NCBI RefSeq assembly: GCF_900100455.1
Contig: NZ_FNCV01000004.1
Coordinates: 240,700-264,699, forward strand
DNA length: 24,000 nucleotides
Reading direction: 5' to 3'
From: Roseospirillum parvum
GTDB taxonomy: Bacteria > Pseudomonadota > Alphaproteobacteria > Rhodospirillales > Rhodospirillaceae
This document shows, piece by piece, positions 14,743-24,000 of this stretch. How positions within the stretch are numbered: position 1 is the stretch's first letter; each line of letters starts with the position of its first letter. The notes below the pieces were generated by a model. That model was not told the origin of the DNA, did not search any database, and saw nothing but the letters and a program-made list of their open reading frames with translations. The position numbers were made by a program, and so were the translations under genes.

Positions 14743-16452
14743 GTGGCGAGCTTCGAGGTTCAGGTCAAGTCCGACAAGCGCTGGATCCTCGAAGGCGTGT
14801 GCGAGGACGAGCAGGAAGCCCTGAGGGTGGCCGCCAGCCTGCTCGCCGCCCGCCGCTTCGCCGCCGTCAAGGTGATCAAGGAAACCAAGGGGCCCAGCGG
14901 CCGATCCACCGAGAAGGTGATCTTCGAGGAACGCTGCCCGCCCCGGCCGGAAAAACAGCTCACCATCAGCCCCCTGGCCGAGGCCCCGGAGCCCTGCCGC
15001 ACGGCCGGCGATCTGGCCCGACCGCCGGCCCGGGCCATCCTCAACCGGCTGCTTCGGCGCTATCTGGATGCCGCCGGCCTGCTGCCCGGCGAGTTGATCT
15101 TCAGCTACCATGCCCTCAAGCGCTTCATGGACCACGAGGCGGCGCTCTACCCCTCGGCGGTGGATCGCGTCGCCACCCTGCAGGCGCCGCTGCTCGAGGT
15201 CGAGGTGAAGGCGCGGCGCGACGAGCTGTTCCGTCTGGTCGAGGAGGCCGGCTTCAAGGCCCGCGACGCCGAGCGCGAAAAGCTGATGCGCAAGGCCACC
15301 CTGGACAATCCGGCCAAGCTGATCGCCGCCGCCGACCGGCTGTCCATGCCGGGCGAGCTGCGCGACCTTTATGTGCAGACCGCCATCGCCCGCGACCTGA
15401 TGGGCCGGCGCGGCTGGCTGGGCAAGCTGGAGGCGCTGGTGGGGGCGCTCGAGGTCGAACTGGCCGACCACGACCGCTGTCTGATCGACGCCTTCGTGGC
15501 CGATGCCCTGGGCGTGCCCGAACTGATCCAGGACCTGCTCGGCCCGCGACCCAACCTGGCCATGGCCATGCATGCCCTGCTCGACCTGATGCAGGGCCGC
15601 CCCGACCCCAGGATGCGCGGCGACAGCGAACTGGGCGAGGCGCTGCGCCGGCGCCTGTCGAGTGGCGAATTGCCGCTCGCCCAGGCCGCCATCCTGGAGC
15701 GCGTGGTGCGCGAGGTGGGCGGCGAACAGCCGCTGGCCCGCAACGATCCGAGCCGCGAGGAAGACAGCTTCGCCGACCTGGTGGTGCGACTGACCGAGGG
15801 CGGGCGCTTCCTCGGCGGGCCGCCCATGGCCGAGGCGCTGACCCAGCGCTGCGCCCTGCGCTACCGCGAGGGTGGGCTGGTCGGCTGGACCGCCGCCCTG
15901 CGCTCGCTGGCCCTGCAACTGCGCGATCCGCTGTTGCGCATGGACTACCTGCTGATCCTGGCCGAGGGGCCGCGCGGCGCCCAGGCGCGGGGGGAAATCC
16001 ACGCCACCCTGAGCGATTTGATCCTGGCCTGCCAGACGGTGGCCGACTTCCTGCCCCGCCCGATGCCGGTGCTGGAGGTGCTGGAACGTCTGAGCAACCT
16101 GCAACGCTGCCTGGAGGCCTCGTCGCTGGGCGACGAGCTGACCCGTCCCCTGGTCGAGCACATCGATGGCCTGCTGACCGATTTCCTGGGCCGCAAGGGG
16201 ATCATGGAGGGGCTGGACGACCCCACGCGGCCACTCCACGAGCGGGCCGGCATGCTGGTGTCGTTCTGCGCCGAGGGTCCGCTGCTGGAGGGGCGCGCCC
16301 TGGCCCTGGCCCGCCAACGGGTGGTCGAGTTGCTGCGCCAGCCGGACTTCGTCGAGGCCTTCACCGCCAACTTCGAGTCCCCGGCGGCCAAGCAGGAAGC
16401 CCTGGTCAGCTTCTACAAGACCCTGACCGCCGCCGGGCTGAAGGCCGGCTAG
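14743..16452 (+). CDS. Hypothetical protein of about 569 aa: small N-terminal domain plus a long all-helical body; no family recognised
   Basis: This is part of ORF 14668..16452(+). It has strong G/C third-position bias and a balanced amino-acid composition (Leu/Ala/Glu/Arg/Asp, not the Arg/Pro/Gly junk of shadow frames). The start is set at GTG 14743 (VASFEVQVKSDKRWILEG). Codons between 14668 and 14742 have atypical A/T third positions. I see no TM segment, signal peptide or catalytic motif I can name. Confidence 0.75.
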   Translation: MASFEVQVKSDKRWILEGVCEDEQEALRVAASLLAARRFAAVKVIKETKGPSGRSTEKVIFEERCPPRPEKQLTISPLAEAPEPCRTAGDLARPPARAILNRLLRRYLDAAGLLPGELIFSYHALKRFMDHEAALYPSAVDRVATLQAPLLEVEVKARRDELFRLVEEAGFKARDAEREKLMRKATLDNPAKLIAAADRLSMPGELRDLYVQTAIARDLMGRRGWLGKLEALVGALEVELADHDRCLIDAFVADALGVPELIQDLLGPRPNLAMAMHALLDLMQGRPDPRMRGDSELGEALRRRLSSGELPLAQAAILERVVREVGGEQPLARNDPSREEDSFADLVVRLTEGGRFLGGPPMAEALTQRCALRYREGGLVGWTAALRSLALQLRDPLLRMDYLLILAEGPRGAQARGEIHATLSDLILACQTVADFLPRPMPVLEVLERLSNLQRCLEASSLGDELTRPLVEHIDGLLTDFLGRKGIMEGLDDPTRPLHERAGMLVSFCAEGPLLEGRALALARQRVVELLRQPDFVEAFTANFESPAAKQEALVSFYKTLTAAGLKAG

Positions 16453-16509
16453 AGCAGATCGTGTGAAATGTGAATCGCGGAGCGCTTCAGATTTCGCACG
16501 ATCTGCTCT
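16451..16509. repeat. 59-nt imperfect palindrome (about 25 of 28 arm positions pair), overlapping the stop codon of the hypothetical gene
   Basis: The sequence is AGAGCAGATCGTGtGAAATgTGAAtCGCg-ga-GCGcTTCAgATTTCgCACGATCTGCTCT. The outer 13 bp are perfect and the arms contain three mismatches. Confidence 0.85.
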
Positions 16510-16521
16510 CGATTTCAGGTG

Positions 16522-16586
16522 TAGAGCCGATCTGAGCGAAAAATCGGGAACCACCAAGTGGTTCCGATTTTTCGCTCTCGGCTCTA
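16522..16586. repeat. 65-nt near-perfect palindrome (stem of about 29 bp with two small bulges, loop CAA) between convergent genes; a candidate bidirectional terminator or REP/MITE-like element
   Basis: The sequence is TAGAGCCGA(tct)GAGCGAAAAATCGG(g)AACCAC-caa-GTGGTTCCGATTTTTCGCTCTCGGCTCTA. Its terminus TAGAGCCGATC resembles the neighbouring palindrome terminus TAGAGCAGATC. Confidence 0.85.
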
Positions 16587-16600
16587 AGCCGGGGGCGGCC

Positions 16601-17089
16601 TTACAGCCAGCGCCGCACCTTGCGGCAATAGGCGAGATAGGGCTCGCCGAGGGCGGCGCGCAGGCGCTTTTCCTCCTCCGGGATGTACCACCACTGGCAG
16701 GCGGCGACGAAGCCGGCCCAGGCCAGCCAGGGGGTGGCCGACCCCAGCATCAGCCCCCAGCCGGCCAGGGCGATGGCCAGCCCCAGGTACATGGGGTTGC
16801 GGGTCAGGCGGTAGGGGCCGTTCTCGACCAGACAATGGGGGTCCTTGAAGGGGTGCAGGTTGGCGCGTGCCGTCTCGAAGGTCCGCCGCCCCAGCCCGGC
16901 CAGCCCCATCCCCGCCGCCCCGACCAGCAGCCCGAGCCGCCACGGCGCCTCCCCGAAGGCGGCCAGCGGCGCCCCAAGGTGCAGCGCCGCCATCAGCCCC
17001 GCCGCCAGGGCAAAGGCCACCGGCGGGATCAGCCAAATGGTCAACTGGCTGGTCAACCGGGTGGTCAACTGGGTGGTCGGCCGGGTCAT
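16601..17089 (-). CDS. Isoprenylcysteine carboxyl methyltransferase (ICMT) / phospholipid-methyltransferase-family membrane protein
   Basis: ORF 16601..17089(-), 162 aa. It has 4-5 hydrophobic segments and the family motif L...GPYRLTRNPMYLG......G, followed by the C-terminal EE..L...FG/LG..Y..Y...V.RW(L) region. A GGGGAGGGGG RBS-like run lies upstream. The gene starts 25 nt after the gyrB stop. Confidence 0.75.
   Translation of the reverse strand: MTRPTTQLTTRLTSQLTIWLIPPVAFALAAGLMAALHLGAPLAAFGEAPWRLGLLVGAAGMGLAGLGRRTFETARANLHPFKDPHCLVENGPYRLTRNPMYLGLAIALAGWGLMLGSATPWLAWAGFVAACQWWYIPEEEKRLRAALGEPYLAYCRKVRRWL
17039..17086. repeat. 4 x 12-bp in-frame tandem repeat at the 5' end of the ICMT-family CDS
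   Basis: On the plus strand the units are GGTCAACTGGCT, GGTCAACCGGGT, GGTCAACTGGGT and GGTCGGCCGGGT, followed by CAT (the start codon). They encode M-TRPT-TQLT-TRLT-SQLT. Confidence 0.9.
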
Positions 17090-17114
17090 CGGGCCCCCTC
17101 CCCGGGGGCGTGGC

Positions 17115-20856
<3,742 letters not shown>

Positions 20857-20918
20857 GGGCCTCCTTCAAGCCGGGGCGGGGAGAAACAACGGAAAGGGCG
20901 GGCGGTGGGCCGTCGGGC

Positions 20919-22037
20919 TCAGACCCGCATCGGCATCAGGACATAGACCGCGGTCTGGTCGGCGACGTCCTGGACCACCGTCGGCGAGGCGTTGTCGGCG
21001 ATGGCGAAGCGCGCCGCGTCGCCGTCCACCTGCTGCAGGATGTCCAGCAGGTAGCGCGAGTTGAAGCCGATCTCCAGCGGCGGGCCCTCGTAGCCGGCCT
21101 CGATCTCCTCGACCGCGCTGCCCGCCTCGGGGCTGGAGGCGGACAGGGTCAGGCTGCCCTTTTCCAGGCTCACCTTGATGGCCCGCGATTTCTCGCTGCT
21201 GATCGCCGAGACCCGGTCGACCGCCTGATGCAGAAGCTTGCAGTCGGCCTCGAGCAGTTTGTCGTTGTCGGTCGGGATGACCCGCTCATAGTCGGGGAAG
21301 GTGCCGTCGATCAGCTTGCTGGTCAGGGTGGCGGAGCCGAAGGCGAAGCGGATGCGGCTTTCCGACAGCGACACGGTGATGTCGTCGTCGGCCTCGTCGA
21401 TCAGCTTGCGCAGCTCGGCCACCGCCTTCCTCGGCACGATCACCGAGGGCATCCCGGCCGCCCCCTCGGGCAGCGGCATTTCCACCCGGGCCAGCCGGTG
21501 GCCGTCGGTGGCCACGGCGCGCAGCACCGCCACCCCGCCGTTGTCGGCCGCGTGCAGGAAGATGCCGTTCAGGTAGTAGCGGGTTTCCTCGGTCGAGATG
21601 GCGAAGCGGGTGCGGTCGATCAGGCTGCGCAGCTCGCCGGCGGCGAGGCTGAAGGTGTGGCCGTACGCGCCGCTGCTCATGGCCGGGAACTCGCCGGCCG
21701 GCAGGGCGGCCAGGGCGAAGCGCGAGCGCCCCGAACGCAGGGTGAGCTGACCGTCCTCGGGCTCGAACGACAGTTCCACCTGGGCCCCGTCGGGCAGCTT
21801 GCGGACGATGTCGTAAAGGGTGTGGGCGGGGGCCGTGGTCGCCCCTTCGCCAACCACCTCGGCGGGGGCCGTCTCGACGATCTCCAGGTCCATGTCGGTG
21901 GCGTTCAGCGACAGCCCCTCGGGGCCCGCCGTCAGCAGCACGTTGGACAGGATGGCCAGGGTGTTGCGGCGTTCGACCACACTCTGGACATGACCCAGGG
22001 ACTTGAGCAGCGCGGTGCGTTCGATGGTCAGCTTCAT
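20919..22037 (-). CDS. dnaN: DNA polymerase III subunit beta (sliding clamp)
   Basis: This is part of ORF 20919..22256(-). The start is taken at ATG 22037 (MKLTIERTALLKSLGHVQSVVERRNTLAILSNVLL, the canonical clamp N-terminus). The length of 372 aa is typical. The C-terminus ..TAVYVLMPMRV is characteristic. Confidence 0.97.
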   Translation of the reverse strand: MKLTIERTALLKSLGHVQSVVERRNTLAILSNVLLTAGPEGLSLNATDMDLEIVETAPAEVVGEGATTAPAHTLYDIVRKLPDGAQVELSFEPEDGQLTLRSGRSRFALAALPAGEFPAMSSGAYGHTFSLAAGELRSLIDRTRFAISTEETRYYLNGIFLHAADNGGVAVLRAVATDGHRLARVEMPLPEGAAGMPSVIVPRKAVAELRKLIDEADDDITVSLSESRIRFAFGSATLTSKLIDGTFPDYERVIPTDNDKLLEADCKLLHQAVDRVSAISSEKSRAIKVSLEKGSLTLSASSPEAGSAVEEIEAGYEGPPLEIGFNSRYLLDILQQVDGDAARFAIADNASPTVVQDVADQTAVYVLMPMRV

Positions 22038-22254
22038 GGCCGTGAGGGAGTCCGCTAACAAAAGGGCGAGGGACGAAACGGGCGGCCTGCAAGGCCGCCG
22101 CGAAAAGGGCTGGAAAGTATAGCAGATGAGCCCCCCGACCCAAGGAAAATCCCCCGCCGCGTGCCGGCGGCGTGATCGACGGCACCAAAGGGGCGCCGCC
22201 CCTTTGAACCCCGCTGGGGAGGCCGGGAGGCCTCCCCAGACCCCACCCTGAATC

Positions 22255-22295
22255 AAAACCCCACCGAGGGGGCTTGCCCCCCTCGGTGGGGTTTT
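22255..22295 (-). terminator. Rho-independent terminator downstream of dnaA (symmetric, so potentially bidirectional)
   Basis: AAAACCCCACCGAGGGGG-cttgc-CCCCCTCGGTGGGGTTTT forms an 18-bp perfect stem flanked by A4 and T4. Read on the minus strand, the stem is followed by TTTTGATT. It lies 80 nt after the dnaA stop. Confidence 0.7.
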
Positions 22296-22374
22296 AAGTC
22301 ACGGCGGGGGTCCGGGGGGGCCCCTGGTCCCCCCGGCGGGGGTCAAGGGGGCAGCGCCCCCTTGGCGCGGCCGC

Positions 22375-23895
22375 TCACGTCTCCAGCATGCGGCGCAGCA
22401 GGTCGACGTCCTCGGCGAAGTTGGGGTCGGTCTGGATCAGGTTCTCGATGGTCTTCACGGCGTGCATCACCGTGGTGTGGTCGCGGCCGCCGAACTTGCG
22501 GCCGATCTCCGGCAGCGAGCGGCTGGTCAGCTGCTTGGCCAGGTACATGGCCACCTGACGGGGCCGGGCGATGGCCCGGGCGCGCCGCGCCGAGGACATG
22601 TCGGCCACCTTGATCTGGTGATACTCGGCGACCTTCTTCTGGATTTCCTCGATGGTCACCCGGCGGTCGTAGGCGCGCAGCAGGTCGCCCAGCACGTCCT
22701 GCGCGGTTTCCAGGTTGAGCGGCCGGCCGATCAACTGGGCATGGGCCCACAGGCGGGTCAGCGCGCCTTCCAGCTCCCGGCCGTTGGTGTTCATCTTGTG
22801 GGCCAGGAACTCCATCACCTTGGGCGGCACGCGGGCCCCCAACTGGTCGGCCTTGGACTGCAGAATGCCCAAACGCAGCTCGTAGGTGGTGGGGTGGATG
22901 TCGGCCACCAGCCCGCTGGCCAGACGCGAGCGCAGCCGCTCGCCGATGTCCTCGAGCTGGTTGGGCGACTTGTCGGCGGAGATGATGATCTGCCGCCCCT
23001 GGTCGACCAGGGCGTTGAAGGTGTGGAAGAATTCCTCCTGGGTCGAGTCCTTGCCGCTGATGAACTGGACGTCGTCGATCATCAGCACGTCGACCGAGCG
23101 GAACTGCTCCTTGAAGTTGATGGTGTCCTTGTAGCGCAGCGCCCGCACGAAGCTGTACATGAACTTCTCGGCCGACAGATAGGCCACCCGGCGCTCCGGG
23201 AAGCGCTCGCGGATGCGCCAGGCGACGGCGTGCATCAGGTGCGTCTTGCCCAGGCCGACACCGCCATAGAGGAACAGCGGGTTGAACGAGACGACCCCCG
23301 AATCGGCCACCCGCAGGGCGGCGGCGTGGGCGAACTCGTTGGGCTTGCCGACCACGAAATTGTCGAAGGTGTAGGTCACGTCGAGGCCGGCCGACAGGTC
23401 GTCCTCGGCCGGCAGCGGGGCCGCCGGCTGGGCCGGCGTCGCCCTGGCCAGGGCGGCCGCCGGCGGAGCGGCGGTGGCGCCGTTGCGGTGTGTCGGGGGA
23501 GCCGGCGGCGCGTCGCCGCTGGTCACGTCAAAGCCGATGCTGCGCAGCGAGGGCACCTCGCCCTGCCACAGGGTGCGCAGCCGCTCGCCGTAGTGGGTGG
23601 CGACCCAGTCGCGCATGAAGCGGGTGGGCACGGCCAGACGCACCTCGTCGGCCTCCAGGCGGTTGAGGCGCAGCGGGTTGAGCCAGGTGGCAAAGACGGC
23701 GTCGCCCACTTCCTGGCGCAGGCGGGCGCGAACCCGCTCCCAATTCGGCTGTCCGGCGGCGGACGGTTGGGCGGCGCTGTCCAGCGGGGCGAGGGACGCG
23801 GCCTCGCCGCGCGCCCCCGGGGCGTCGTCGGCCCTGTGGATGGCTCTGCCCGTGCTCTCGCCAGCCTCTGCCATGATCTCCTGATCCGTTGTCAT
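22375..23895 (-). CDS. dnaA: Chromosomal replication initiator protein DnaA
   Basis: ORF 22375..23943(-). It has the domain I region W..V...L......F.TWL..L, the Walker A motif NPLFLYGGVGLGKTHLMHA, the Walker B motif VDVLMIDDVQF, sensor regions (FHTFNAL, IIISADKSP, RL.SGLV..I.P) and the C-terminal DNA-binding helix RPRQVAMYLAKQLT.RSLPEIGRKFGGRDHTTVMHA. The start is ambiguous: ATG 23895 (MTTDQEIM) is used here, ATG 23874 has CAGGAG just upstream, and GTG 23943 is the track start. Confidence 0.96.
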   Translation of the reverse strand: MTTDQEIMAEAGESTGRAIHRADDAPGARGEAASLAPLDSAAQPSAAGQPNWERVRARLRQEVGDAVFATWLNPLRLNRLEADEVRLAVPTRFMRDWVATHYGERLRTLWQGEVPSLRSIGFDVTSGDAPPAPPTHRNGATAAPPAAALARATPAQPAAPLPAEDDLSAGLDVTYTFDNFVVGKPNEFAHAAALRVADSGVVSFNPLFLYGGVGLGKTHLMHAVAWRIRERFPERRVAYLSAEKFMYSFVRALRYKDTINFKEQFRSVDVLMIDDVQFISGKDSTQEEFFHTFNALVDQGRQIIISADKSPNQLEDIGERLRSRLASGLVADIHPTTYELRLGILQSKADQLGARVPPKVMEFLAHKMNTNGRELEGALTRLWAHAQLIGRPLNLETAQDVLGDLLRAYDRRVTIEEIQKKVAEYHQIKVADMSSARRARAIARPRQVAMYLAKQLTSRSLPEIGRKFGGRDHTTVMHAVKTIENLIQTDPNFAEDVDLLRRMLET

Positions 23896-24000
23896 TGCAG
23901 CCAAAAAGTGTGGTCGATGTGCCGTGCCCGGCCCCAGGGGCACGGTGCGGCGGTGGCCGGGTGGGGCCGGATCACGCCATGGCGCGCCGGCCGGTATCGG

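Noticed and set aside
14023-16557. 844-aa minus-strand ORF opposite holC and the hypothetical gene.
   Set aside because: It overlaps holC, a recognisable gene, in antisense. Its translation is low-complexity (runs of Q/G/A/R/L). The plus-strand frame has the proper third-position G/C bias and a protein-like composition.
23896-24000. DnaA boxes or oriC upstream of dnaA (TGTGGTCGA at about 23909-23917, and GGATCA further upstream).
   Set aside because: The best matches to TTATCCACA / TGTGGATAA are only 6 of 9. Only about 100 bp of upstream sequence lies in the window, and there is no AT-rich unwinding element. The tsaD-hemC and dnaA-dnaN spacers are also too GC-rich and lack box clusters. I cannot call an origin.

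Overview
This is a very GC-rich bacterial chromosomal window (composition judged by eye, not computed). Its gene content and protein signatures look alphaproteobacterial, possibly Rhodospirillales-like, but that placement is a guess. It is core housekeeping DNA, not an accessory island. I found no rRNA or tRNA genes, CRISPR arrays, transposases, integrases or recognisable defence genes.

Genes from left to right:
- Minus strand: a truncated VOC/glyoxalase-fold gene, a polytopic GGDEF diguanylate cyclase, gamma-glutamyltranspeptidase (ggt), an HSD10-like short-chain dehydrogenase (SDR), an EamA/DMT transporter and tsaD.
- A 550-bp divergent spacer.
- Plus strand: a tightly packed hemC, hemD::mic60-like, hemY-like operon, then a DegP/HtrA protease, holC (DNA polymerase III chi) and an uncharacterised gene of about 569 codons.
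- Minus strand: the dnaA, dnaN, recF, gyrB cluster with an ICMT-family methyltransferase gene directly after gyrB.

Most long ORFs in the supplied track are antisense or off-frame shadow ORFs typical of high-GC DNA (Arg/Pro/Gly/Ala-rich translations overlapping clearly homologous genes), so I rejected them.

I cannot support a claim of a new multi-gene system here. The observations most worth follow-up are:
1. hemD reads with no stop codon into a Mic60/mitofilin-like membrane protein. The junction looks like a frameshift scar: an out-of-frame TGA, a strong ribosome-binding site (RBS) and an ATG.
2. A family-less, all-helical protein of about 569 aa sits between holC and the replication cluster.
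3. Two adjacent 59- and 65-nt near-perfect palindromes with related termini follow that gene.
4. Several precise tandem repeats lie in regulatory or 5' coding positions: 3 x ~18-20 bp upstream of the SDR gene, 2 x 35 bp abutting the tsaD start, 3 x CAACGTG upstream of hemC, and 4 x 12 bp at the ICMT 5' end.
5. The dnaA-dnaN spacer is packed with GC-rich hairpins.

All homology statements come from motif recognition by eye. No searches were run.
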